Shown here: piece after piece, positions 23,444 to 34,568 of the stretch | Layout of the letters: each line of letters begins with the position of its first letter | How positions within the stretch are numbered: the first letter of the stretch is position 1 | DNA from: Octopus bimaculoides | Taxonomy: Eukaryota | Direction: 5' to 3' | DNA: 39,804 bases | Assembly: GCF_001194135.2 (NCBI RefSeq) | Contig: NC_069004.1 | Location: forward strand, 10,004,010-10,043,813 | The notes under the pieces: model-generated | Seen by the model: only the letters and a program-made list of their open reading frames with translations | The model's database searches: none | What the model was told of the DNA's origin: nothing | Made by a program: the position numbers and the translations under genes

Positions 23444-24004
23444 CTGTGTGTCATGCTTTATTGCAGGTCAAAATTTTGTTCCCCACTACTTAATTTATTT
23501 CCTCATAACTTTTGAAAATGGAGATTCTTTTTATTAAGAATAGTATTTGTATGCAGTTGTTTTGTTAAAGTTGAGTATACAATAATTTAACTTAATTGAT
23601 TTGTAATATCACTTAATTTCAATGAACTAAACAAATTTCTTGTGATAAAAGGATTCCACAGAATGTACAACATAAAAAGATGCCACAATGTACAACAATC
23701 TTTTTGAGCAACAGTGCTAGTCCCATACTTTTTAAGGTTTATTATGACATTCTGTAACCCTTTTGGGCATGCATATTTTTCAATTCTAGTTTCATACTTT
23801 TTAAGGTAATGCTTGTAATATTTTATATATGTATCGTATTTCTCCTAATGGGTGGGGCAGTCTCTAATAAACTGACATCTGAATGCCGACCAACTGAAAT
23901 AGTGTGACTGTCACAATAGTAAAAAATGTTTGATAAAATCAATAATAATTGTCGTATTTGTTTATTATCCATACGGAGAGATACTGAACAGCAGCTAGTA
24001 TATT

Positions 24005-24308
24005 ATGTTATTGTTGTTGGTACTCCGTCGCTTACGACGTCAAGGGTTCCAGTTGATCCGATCAACGGAACAGCCTGGTCGTGAAATTAACGTGCAAGTG
24101 ACTGAGCACTCCACAGACACGTGTACCATCCCCTGCCGGAGCCTCGTGGAGCTTTANNNNNNNNNNACGTGTACCATCCCCTGCCGGAGCCTCGTGGAGC
24201 TTTAGGTGTTTTCACTCAATAAACACTCACAACGCCCGGTCTGGGAATCGAAACCGCGATCCTATGACCGCGAGTCCGCTGCCCTAACCACTGGGCCATT
24301 GCGCTTCC
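24005..24308 (-). mobile_element. Family D SINE, middle collapsed across a 10-N gap
   Basis: Reverse complement of the head and tail of 11952-12340. Confidence 0.85.
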
Positions 24309-24636
24309 ACAGTATATTATAAGCTGTACTATAAAGAAATGTATTTTAAAAAATATTGATAATATTAATTTTTAGAAAATCATTAGCAAAATCTAAAATG
24401 ATGTACCATGCAATGAAGCGAAGGTGAAAATGAGTAATGCAAAATTCTCAAAGACAGCTGCATACCAAACTATCACTCATTGATTGATGATGATTGAAAA
24501 TTAACCAATAAAACGTGATCACCATGCAAATGGCCATGGCCCCCTTACACTTTCATTCGCAACTTAGGCATATATTATCAGACACACAGTGGACTTGACT
24601 ATAACATTCTGTTGTCAGTCACTGTGTGCCTGACAG

Positions 24637-24677
<41 letters not shown>

Positions 24678-24934
24678 CAGTTGGAATTTTTTTTTTAATT
24701 GTTATGTGTGTCAGTATGTATGTGCACCTGCCATTTTTTTTTTTGTTTTTTGTTTTTTTGTTTTTAACATTAAACTATGATGCAGTTGTAATCTACAAAA
24801 TCTGAAATGAATTTGTAGAAAATATCTTTAAAAGATATCCATTTTATTGAAAGTTATGAGGAAATAAAATCAATGTGGGAGGTGGGGTGGGGGGCACACT
24901 TGAGTTGGTCTGCCTATAATCATCTCGAGTTATA

Positions 24935-25240
24935 GAGTGGCACCTTGGGCAAATATCTTCGGTTATAGCTTCAGGCTGACTAAAGCCTTGTGAGTGGATT
25001 TGCTAGGAGGAAATTGAAAGAAGCCTGTCATGTATGTGTGTGTGTTTGTGTCTGTATTTGTTCCCACCACTGGCTTGACAGCTGGTATTGGTGTGTTTAT
25101 GTCCCTGTAACTTAGCAATTCAGCAAAAGTGACTGATAGAATAACAAAAAATAAGTACTGGGGTTGTTTCATTTGACTAGAAATTCGAGGCAGTGTCCCA
25201 GCATAGCTGCAGTCTAATGACTGAAGCGAGTAAAAGAGAT
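24935..25240 (+). mobile_element. Family F + (TG)n + family A, joined as one SINE
   Basis: gtggcaccttgggcaa...gaaagaagcc, then a microsatellite, then the A module. Same arrangement on the minus strand at 29385-29700. Confidence 0.75.
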
Positions 25241-25304
25241 AAGAAAAAAAGAGACAAAACCATCACTGCTTTTCTTCATATTGGACTTTTTGTTTTAAGA
25301 GCTT

Positions 25305-25425
25305 TACCACCATCACCACACCCACCACCACCACCACAACCACCTTCATAACCACCACTACCACCACCATCACCATCACTACCACCGCCATCATCACCAA
25401 CACCAGTACCACCAACACCACCTCT
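25305..25425. repeat. (CAC/CAT)n low-complexity tract upstream of a CPE exon
   Basis: Degenerate trinucleotide repeat. Similar (GGT)n tracts at 5445-5545 and 5770-5885. Confidence 0.85.
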
Positions 25426-25474
25426 GTATGTTATGGTTTCCTTTAATTGTTCTTTCTTTCATATTTTTTTAAAG

Positions 25475-25611
25475 GTACCTTGCTGAAAGTTACGCTAAGA
25501 ACCACAAAATAATGAGTAGCAACCACAGCACCTGTGGAATGGCTAATGATCAGAACTTTGGAATTCAAGATGGTATTACAAATGGTGGAGATTGGTATTC
25601 TGTGTCCAGAG
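25475..25611 (+). CDS. CPE: CPE-like exon (RYLAESYAKNHKIMSSNHSTCGMANDQNFGIQDGITNGGDWYSVSRG)
   Basis: Acceptor tttttttaaAG, phase 2/1, compatible with both neighbouring exons. Contains the GITNGGDWYSV motif. Follows a 10.6-kb intron. Confidence 0.93.
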
Positions 25612-26796
25612 GTATATTGACATCATTATTATTATCATCATCACCACCTCCACCACCATCATCATCATTGTCATTGCCATTTTTATTGTTTTTTCTCTCA
25701 GAATTCTTGGTCTTGTTTGCTCTGGTCGATTCTGTGAGAGTGGACAGTGACCTGTTGTCAGAGTTCTCACAGGGTCTCTTTCCACACATCATAGGCTTTG
25801 ATAATTGGTTGTTAATTATTGTTAATTATTTCCTCCTTTTATCCCTCCCTCTACCTCTGAATGTTTCTCCTGAAATAAGATGCTATGGACAGGCAGATGG
25901 ATATCAGCATCCCTTTTATAATATCAGAGGATACACGATAAGCTAACAAAATAAGATTATAAATTACTAGCTTAAAAGTCGCATTCTGTGCAGACTTTTA
26001 GGCTAGCTCTTGCAGAGGGATAATTGGGCCTGTAGCCCCAAACTAAAGAGAGCTAAACAGCATGATTATAATACGTCTATAATGACTACATGCCCCAGTA
26101 GTGTTTGATCAGAGGTTGACAGATGAGAATTCTGTAATGCAATCATTCTATTGTTCCAGTCCCAAGTTGAATTCCAACTGTTGGCCAAGTTGTCTCAAAG
26201 TTCTTATCTCAATGTAAAATTAATGAAGGGAACATCATTTATCTCCCCTTTGATCTCTGACATCATCTGACAAATGCCAACCGAGATGGTGTGAATCAGC
26301 CAAGCTTTACCTGCTAGAAATAGCAACCCAAATGCTTTTAAATCCAAGAACCAAATCATCCTGATTCCAAAAAGGTATATGTCTATGTAGAGCAAATGTA
26401 GACTGAGATACAGAGGTACTGGACAATGACTGAAACAGGTAAAACATAAAAGATGTAACTGACTTATTGACTGTTTCATCGATTGATTGTTAGCTTGATT
26501 GATCAAGTTATTGCTTCATTGATTGTTTCCTTGATTATTTGACGGCTTCACTGATTGTCACTTTGTTTTATTGACTATTAAATTATTAGTTTTATTTCGT
26601 CAATCAATTGCTTCCATGATTGTTTGTCTGTCTAATTGATTGTCCCAATGTCTCACTGATTGTTAATTTAATTGATTAAAAGTTTAGTCATTGATTTTGT
26701 TTTTATTGATTATTTAATCAACCAGTTATTTTCCTGCTTATTTAAATAGCCAATTGCTAGTTTGATGGTTTCACTGATTGCTTGCGTTTTCCACAG

Positions 26797-26936
26797 GAAT
26801 GCAAGACTACAACTACCTGGAGACAAACTGCTTTGAGATCACCTTGGAACTCGGCTGTGATAAGTTCCCACCAGCTTCACAACTGAAAAAATATTGGAAT
26901 GACAACAAGAATGCTCTAATTACATACATGATGCAG
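26797..26936 (+). CDS. CPE: CPE-like exon (GMQDYNYLETNCFEITLELGCDKFPPASQLKKYWNDNKNALITYMMQ)
   Basis: ccacAG acceptor and CAG|GTAATT donor, phase 1/0. GMQDYNY and the catalytic Glu in ITLEL are present. Confidence 0.95.
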
Positions 26937-27111
26937 GTAATTAAATCTGCCAACCTAACCCATCATATACCCTAACCCTAACCCTAAGCCTACCCACATT
27001 TAAAAATTTCCATCTGTGTTTCTATACTCCATACATACGACATTTAAATCCTGCCAACTCTTTGCTGTACTCTTCCTTGACCTTCATACCTTTCTTTCTG
27101 ATATCATTACT

Positions 27112-27660
27112 CATCATCATCATCATCATCATTGTTTAATGTCCACCTTCCATGATGGCATGGGTTGGACAGTTTGACCAGGCAGAAGACTGCACCAGAA
27201 GGCGGCGAGCTGGCAGAAACGTTAGCACGCCGGTCGAAATGCTTAGCGGTATTTCGTCTGTCTTTACGTTCTGAGTTGAGTTCAAGTTCCGCCGAGGTCG
27301 ACTTTGCCTTTTATCCTTTCGGGGTCGATAAATTAAGTACCAGTTACGCACTGGGGTCGATATAATCGACTTAATCCCTTTGTCTATCCTTGTTTGTCCC
27401 CTCTATGTTTAGCCCCTTGTGGGCAATAAAGAATTAAGAAGACTGCATCAGACTGCTATGTCTGTTTTGGCATGGTTTATGTGACTGGATACCCTTCCTA
27501 ATACCGACCACCCAGCAGAGTGGACCGATTGCTTTTTACATGGCATCAGCACAGGTGAGGTCAGTTTTGGCATGGTTTTTGCAGCTGGATGCCCTTCCAA
27601 ATGCCAACCACTTTACAGTGTGGACTGGATGCTTTTAACGCAGCACCAGTGCTAACAGGG
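27112..27660. mobile_element. Young family B SINE (27201-27436, +) nested in an older family C-like element
   Basis: 16-bp duplication agaagactgca(c/t)caga at 27184-27199 and 27437-27452. Confidence 0.8.
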
Positions 27661-28015
27661 TGACTAAGTACCTGCAAGACAAGGATCCTTTGAAGTGGAG
27701 AGGGCACTGGGGGAGGTGATCTTATGTCAGATGATGAAAGGTTAGAGTGTGACAGTAAGACAGAAACAGGTGTCTTGCTTTAGAAGAGGTACATTTATAA
27801 TATCTTTTTTTCTTGAGCCCCTTTTGTGTGATATCTCTTTCCTCACACTCATTCTCTGTGAGATCTTTATTCTCACACTCATTTCTATGATATCTGTATT
27901 CATATCCACATTCTCTTACTATAAGCTGTGAAAAGTGGTTGAAAACCACTGTTATAATCAAAGCCAAACCCACTATTGTCATGTGATTTAAAAAAATTTT
28001 TTTTCCATTTTTCAG

Positions 28016-28136
28016 TCTCACATTGGTTTGAAGGGTTTTGTGTTAAACAGTATGACCAAAGAACCAATCAATGATGCAACAGTGAAAGTTCTTAATATGA
28101 CAGATGGACAATATATAAACCATGATATTACTTCAG
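28016..28136 (+). CDS. CPE: CPE-like exon, start of the transthyretin-like domain (SHIGLKGFVLNSMTKEPINDATVKVLNMTDGQYINHDITSG)
   Basis: ttttcAG acceptor and CAG|GTAATG donor, phase 0/1. Matches the G(V/L)KGFV...I(N/D)HD(V/I)TS pattern. Confidence 0.92.
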
Positions 28137-28343
28137 GTAATGCAAATATTTGTACTCTGTAACCAATGTAAAGACATCTGTAAGGGTGTTGTTGTTGTTA
28201 TTTATTTTTCTCAAGAACCAGTTCAGGGCATTGGGTTGGCAGAATTGTTAGGGTGTAAGAGATGAGATGGAGTGCAGTATCTGCTGCAGTTCTTTACATT
28301 CTGATTTCTGATTCCTCTACTGATATTGAGTCTAAAGTGTGTA

Positions 28344-28378
<35 letters not shown>

Positions 28379-28863
28379 AAGAGACAGATCAGATAGACAG
28401 GCAGACAGAGAGCAGGGTGGAGACACTAATTATGAAACTCCATTAAACTCATAAAACTCAGTGTGGTATGAGTTCACAAGAGACTTGAGCATCAAGGGGT
28501 AGCTGTAGCATTCATAAAGAAAGCCCAAGGGTGGGAAATATTGGTAAAAATTCCAGGAACCCCAAAGACAGAAATGCTACGTGGATGACTTAACTTGAAT
28601 AAGAAACATACATTCTGAGTTCACATTTCACTAAGGTTAACTTTGTCTATGTTCCTGGGTCAGTAAAATAAAGTAGCAGTATCAATACTTTTATTTGATT
28701 GTCTTCCTCCTATACTCCCCCCCACCACCACCACCACCAAATAAGGTACCACTTAAGGTACTGCATAAAATTATTTAGCTCTTGTTCTTTTGATCACCAC
28801 CAAATTTATGACATTGAACAAAAGTCAAAAGCCGTATTTTGAACTCTCAATCTCATGTTTCAG

Positions 28864-29096
28864 GCCACTATGGAGATTACTACCGACTATTGATTGATGG
28901 CTTCTATGAAGTTGAGGTGACAGCTAAGGGCTACCACCCTCATACCCGCTGCCAAAGAGTTCAGAACAAGCCATTGCACGAAGCTGTTGAACTGAATTTT
29001 GAGTTGCTGTCACTGCATTACCCCAGCCAAAGAAATGTGCAGGACATTTTGCACTGTGAACAGCTGCGAGCTCTTGCCAGGAACCAACAAAATAAG
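28864..29096 (+). CDS. CPE: CPE-like exon (GHYGDYYRLLIDGFYEVEVTAKGYHP...VELNFELL...ARNQQNK)
   Basis: tttcAG acceptor in phase 1 and the GDYYRLL motif. The 3' boundary is a weak donor AAG|GTTGTT (phase 0); read-through stops at 29105. Confidence 0.85.
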
Positions 29097-29384
29097 GTTG
29101 TTTAAAGTTTATATCTGCTTTTATCTTCCTGTTTTGTTTTTTTTTTGTTTTCAACTTTCACTTTTTTTCAGAGTACATTTTTAACACCATTATACTGCAC
29201 AAACACAGAAAGACACACTACGCCCATGTAGTATATCACACTTATACCACCCTATATAAATTTACAATATTACATTGTTGGAGCCTTGAATTGGAAGTGG
29301 GGGCACCATATATAATTCCATGCACGAGCCTTACAAATCTTGTGCCTGACAAAATTAATGATAAATATATATCTTTTATGTTTT

Positions 29385-29700
29385 ACTTATTTCAGTCATT
29401 AAACTGCAGCCATTTTAAATTTTTAGTCAAGTGAATCAACCACAATGCTCTTTTTTTTTCAAAGTCTGGTACTTATTCTATCGATTTCTTTTGCCAAGTC
29501 GTCAAGCAGTGGTGGTGGACAAGCACACACACATACATATATATAGAGAGAAAGCTGCAATGGACTTCTCTCAGTTTCTATCTACCAAATCCATTCACAA
29601 GGCTTTGGTCAGCCTGATGCTGTAGTAGAAGACACTTGCCCAAGGTGCGACACAGTAGGACTAAACCTGAAACTATGTGATTAGGAATGAAACTTCTTTC
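29385..29700 (-). mobile_element. Decayed F + microsatellite + A SINE in the last CPE intron
   Basis: Reverse complement of the 24935-25240 architecture. Confidence 0.7.
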
Positions 29701-29785
29701 TTTATTGAAATATTGGATCTTGAAGCAGATAAGCTATAAATAATAGCATGTAAATATTAGGTTAAAAAAATCCTTAAGTTATTAA

Positions 29786-30005
29786 CCCTTTCAATACCAA
29801 CCCGGCTGAAATCGTCTCTGGCTTTGTAGTACAAATGTCTTGTTTTCATAAGTTTTGAATTAAAATCTTCCACCAAACCTTAGTCACAATTTATGTTCGT
29901 ACCACGAGCTTAATTATAACTAAGTTATTTTACTAAATTCTTTGTTATATTTAAAATTAATTGAAAGAAACAGAGCATCTCAAAATAAATACGGTAACGA
30001 AAGGA
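29786..30005. mobile_element. piggyBac-like MITE
   Basis: TTAA at 29782-29785 and 30006-30009. 13-bp imperfect TIRs CCCTTTCAATACC / GGTAACGAAAGGA. Confidence 0.75.
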
Positions 30006-30191
30006 TTAATTATAGCTTATCTACTTCAACATTCCATAAAAGAATTATTTGATGTTCTCTTGAAGTTCATAAATTCATATGATTTATAAAATAATTGTTC
30101 CCATGTGTTTTTATATAGAGCTAAAATGGCTCTTTGATGATGGAATTGCAAAATAAATACTATTTTTTTTTTTTCCTTTTTCCTTCTTCAG

Positions 30192-30272
30192 GTTGAAACT
30201 GAGCAGGAGATTTATGACCAGTTGTTAAATGATATCTCAAATTACTTTAATCGGAAAAGACGAATTGCTTAA
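30192..30272 (+). CDS. CPE: Probable terminal CPE exon (VETEQEIYDQLLNDISNYFNRKRRIA*)
   Basis: Very strong polypyrimidine tract plus cAG at 30190-30191. In frame (phase 0) with the 29096 donor. Acidic, amphipathic helix-like tail reminiscent of the vertebrate CPE C-terminus; ends in TAA. Confidence 0.75.
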   Translation, partial: VETEQEIYDQLLNDISNYFNRKRRIA

Positions 30273-30875
30273 AAAAAACAAAAAAAAACAGACGATGAAA
30301 AATGAAAGAAAAACCGAAGAAAAAAAGGAAAGAAGAAAGAAAAAATAGCATGTACATAAAAAAAAAGAACACCAAAACCAAAGAAAAACCCTGTAATACC
30401 TCCCACCCCACCATCAACATTAGCATTTTAAGTTAAATTAACATTTTAACAATTTAGAAAACAAACTAAACGACATGAAATTATGGCAAACCTAAAAAGT
30501 AAGGTGCAGTGAGGTTATGGGGTGGGACAGAAAAATAATTTCTTTTAATCAAAATATTTTTATTTAATTTTTTTTGTTTTATTTGGCTCAAAGATCATGC
30601 ATTTTAATTTTTTTAACGAGGGGAAGGGCCTGAGAGCTGGGACAATTGTGATGTTTATACTGTTTATTCTAACCACCCCACTATATCCCCCCATATCATC
30701 AATCTTCAAAACATGCATTAAGTGTAACGGCTTCAACTTGGCCAGGATTGAAACCTTGGTCAGTTCTTTGTGGTTGTGATGTTGTGATGTTCAGCTGGTG
30801 GGAGATTTTCTCTCTCTCTCTCCGCTGAGTTCTAACAATACTCATTACTTGTCCATTTTAATCTAATTTTCCATT

Positions 30876-30901
30876 AATAAATAAATTAGTAAATTAATAA
30901 A
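30876..30901 (+). terminator. Candidate polyadenylation signals for the CPE-like mRNA
   Basis: AATAAA at 30876-30881 and 30896-30901, about 600 nt after the stop. The region is AT-rich, so chance occurrence is plausible. Confidence 0.25.
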
Positions 30902-30934
30902 TTCAGATGTTAACGATATTTCATGATATGGGGG

Positions 30935-31185
30935 ATGGCTTGGCAGAATTAACAGTGTGTCAGGCAAAACATCTGGCAATTTATAGCAATGGGTCTTTAT
31001 GTTTTGAGTTCAAATTTTATGAAAGTCAGCTCTGCGGAGATGATAAAATTAAGGACCAGTCAAAACTGGGGGTCAATTTTATTAACTAAACCCCACTTCC
31101 TCTAAATGTGAGGCTTTGTGCCTTTGTTAGAAACCAATTTATGATGATAACGATGCTGATAATATCAATTATTATTATTATTATT
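30935..31185 (+). mobile_element. Decayed family B SINE with (ATT)n tail
   Basis: tggcagaattaacag head, gagttcaaatt B box and ccttgtgcc tail. Confidence 0.65.
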
Positions 31186-31470
31186 TACTTTTAATTTGCA
31201 TGTTTGTTACAATCACTTGCTGAGACACACCCAGCGTCCTAGGGTGAGTGAAGGATAAGAGATGTTACAGTATGACCAAAAGCTTGGGGAGGGGAAGTGG
31301 CAGGGGCAGTAGCGAAATATCTTCATGTAATACAACACATACATTTAAACTGATAGGGATTTTCTAAGGATGTGGGCAGTACTTGTCAGCACAATCTTTT
31401 GGATTTCTCTGAGACCTGGTTCTCCTGGGATATTATCTAGATGTTTCTGACATCCCTTTCTTATCATACC
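31186..31470 (-). mobile_element. 5'-truncated R4/Dong-like non-LTR retrotransposon 3' end
   Basis: Minus-strand GMIRKGCQKHLDNIPGEPGLREIQKIVLTSTAHILRKSLSV* resembles the REL-endonuclease clade C-terminus. (TAA)n on both sides. Confidence 0.7.
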
Positions 31471-31537
<67 letters not shown>

Positions 31538-31539
31538 AT

Positions 31540-31870
31540 AGGCATAAGGCTAGAAATGTTGTGGTGCAGGAAACATTTGATGTTGTTGACCCCAGTATTT
31601 GACTGGTACTTTATTTTACCTACCACAGAAGGATGAAAAGCAAAACTAACTTCAGCAGAATTTGAACTCAAAACATAAAGAAACAAAAGAATATGTTGTC
31701 CTTTGCTCTACTGGTTCTTCCAATCTGTATTTAGAAATAATTTTAAGGCAAGCATTAATGATGATGATGATAACGATTTGTTGGAGAGGGTAACTTTATT
31801 TATTGACCCTCCACCTCTTTGAGGGATGAAAGGCAAAGTCAGCCATAGCAGAATTTGAACTGGGAATGTT
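31540..31870 (-). mobile_element. Decayed family B SINE fragments
   Basis: aaggatgaaa...agaatttgaact cores at about 31630-31670 and 31820-31862. Confidence 0.65.
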
Positions 31871-33880
31871 CTAAATTTTATAATTATTATGAGAGGTGCC
31901 ACCTAGGGATGATCCAGGAACCCCATCCCTACAGTCATTTTCTACCCCAGACACTGTTTTCCCTCTCTTGGGTGTAGCCTGGGTTTCGACCACATTCCTT
32001 GGGAAGTATGCCTTTAACTGTTGTTAACTATTTATGGGTATCTCTGACACCAACAATCTACCATTTTAAGGTTCTTCCTTTTTTTCTTTCACAACAATAT
32101 TTATATTTATTTGTCTTCTTTAATTTCTTCAACAGTTCAATTAGGCTCTCATTAGTCTTTCAGAGAATTGTGAATTGAATTTGAAGCACTCCTGAAGACA
32201 CAGTGCCCTTCTATGAATAACCTCTAGTAATCTACTTATCTTTAGATGGGGGTCACTCTTTTTTCGATCCTTATTTTCTCCTTTGTTTTTTCATTTTTTC
32301 TATTTATCTTCAAACCCTATCTTCTTTCCATTACGACAAAATGATTGGAGATCCTTTAGCCAATTGATGCTCTACATTTGTCAGTCCCTAGTGCTGTCGG
32401 AGTTGGAAATATCGTGATTCTGTCAGTTTCTGATTCTGCTACAACCGTCTTCAGTTTAGCATTCAATGATACTTTTGGAAGCTGCAGACACCTAGGTATT
32501 TCTCTCTGTTGTTTGTACTTCTGGACTCTACCATTGTTGCTATTCCTCAATGCCTTATTCTTTATTTTATTTTCTTCTTCTGGGTAGGAGGTCCTCATAG
32601 GGTTTTCATTCCATACAACAACTCAACCTTCTATCCTGCACTACCACTTTGATTGATCTCATTTCTGCACCTATATTGATGTATTTGTCCAGAATCACCT
32701 GGCAGTTTTTAATAATCATTGTTATTATATTACCTGCAAATTTTTATAGACTCTGACTGACCACATCTTATTGCAGATGACTTTTGCACTTAATACTTTC
32801 CCACCCTGTCTCAATGTCAGAATTAATACCTGGTCAGGACCCCTTATTCCTTCAGCCCTTATACTGCAGTATCATCTCATTGGGAGATGTGTGGTACCTG
32901 AGCTCGGCTTGCCTTCTCACCTCGTCCTCAATCTTAAACACAAATCAGGTGCATTTGAATGCTCTGTCCTGTTTGAGTGGGGGGCATATCCTGTCACTAC
33001 TCATCAACCAGGTTTTCCTGTAGCATCTTTTTATTTATTGCATCTGGAAACCTCTGTTCTTTGCAAAAAAAACAGAAGTTTGTCATTTGATTCTTGTCCT
33101 TTTCTGGATAAATTCTTCAACTAGATGGCACTCTTTCTGGTGACGTATCTCCTTGGGTGATATTGGCTGGTAATACTTTCATTACTATTTATACTTTTTT
33201 CTTTTTATTTATCTAAATTAACATTTTCAACATAATTTTTTTCCATTCTGTTACTGTAATTGTTTGAGCTTGAAGTACTGTTTTTTTAATTCAAATTATT
33301 ATTACTATTTTTTTTTTTTTTTTTTGTAAATCTGAATTTGTTTTGATGAAAATTTTAGCAGTTCTGTATTTCTTATTTTTTATTTTGCTACAACAATATG
33401 CTAAATACTTCCTTGTATTATCACTCATCTGACCTTATTAAAGCACAAACAACAATGCAAATGACAACTTGCCAAACATGTTCACGCACACAAATATGTG
33501 TATGTGTTAATGTAAGTATTTAAAGAGATTTGTTTTGTAAGGCCAGAAAAAATGTGAGAACGTATGAAGTAAACTACAAAAGGAATAGCTATGAAACATG
33601 TGTAGTTTTTATTTAACTTTTACACTCCTTGGATTCTTGGATATATAGGTATGTTGGTATAAACAGGAAAAATAGAACTCAAAATATGAGTATATGTATA
33701 TCTTTATTAATAGGTAAATGATAGGATTGCCTCAATCCTTCAGGGGTAGTCTGAAGCATCCAAGCAACCAGGGGATGTTTAAATCCGGAGGCACTCCTGG
33801 GAATCACCTGTGCGGGTACTGTCTTGGTTAGAGGGCATCCAGAGGCAGGTAATTTACTGTTTAAACCGTAGTTTATAATT

Positions 33881-34051
33881 ATATTTATGTGGAAAATGGA
33901 GCAACAAATACAAGAAGCAATTCTGTTGGGCTAGTTGGCCATTGTTTTATTATGTGGAGGTTACATAACCTCCACATAATAAAACAATGGCCAACTAGCC
34001 CAACAGAATTGCTTCTTCTTGTATTTGTTGCTCCATTTTCCACATAAATAT
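33881..34051. repeat. 171-bp near-perfect palindrome
   Basis: Arms 33881-33963 and 33966-34051 differ only by one 3-nt AAG indel; 2-nt centre (CA). Confidence 0.95.
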
Positions 34052-34568
34052 CTTTATTAATATTTAGCAGAAGTAACAGAATGACTCGGGGTCCAAGAGT
34101 TTCATGCATTGGCACTTTACCAATGCACANNNNNNNNNNNNNNNNNNNNNNNNNNNNNNNNNNNNNNNNNNNNNNNNNNNNNNNNNNNNNNNNNNNNNNN
34201 NNNNNNNNNNNNNNNNNNNNNNNNNNNNNNNNNNNNNNNNNNNNNNNNNNNNNNNNNNNNNNNNNNNNNNNNNNNNNNNNNNNNNNNNNNNNNNNNNNNN
34301 NNNNNNNNNNNNNNNNNNNNNNNNNNNNNNNNNNNNNNNNNNNNNNNNNNNNNNNNNNNNNNNNNNNNNNNNNNNNNNNNNNNNNNNNNNNNNNNNNNNN
34401 NNNNNNNNNNNNNNNNNNNNNNNNNNNNNNNNNNNNNNNNNNNNNNNNNNNNNNNNNNNNNNNNNNNNNNNNNNNNNNNNNNNNNNNNNNNNNNNNNNNN
34501 NNNNNNNNNNNNNNNNNNNNNNNNNNNNNNNNNNNNNNNNNNNNNNNNNNNNNNNNNNNNNNNNNNNN

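Noticed and set aside
24117-24206. Direct duplication inside the family D SINE across 10 Ns
   Set aside because: Same assembly artefact.
26970-26987. (CCCTAA)3 just after a CPE exon
   Set aside because: Too short and lacks the flanks of the 658/39461 element.
32150-33130. Possible old non-LTR fragment on the minus strand (KYLGV-like and DMxPHS-like traces)
   Set aside because: The motifs are too short and frameshifted to support without a tBLASTx/HMM search.
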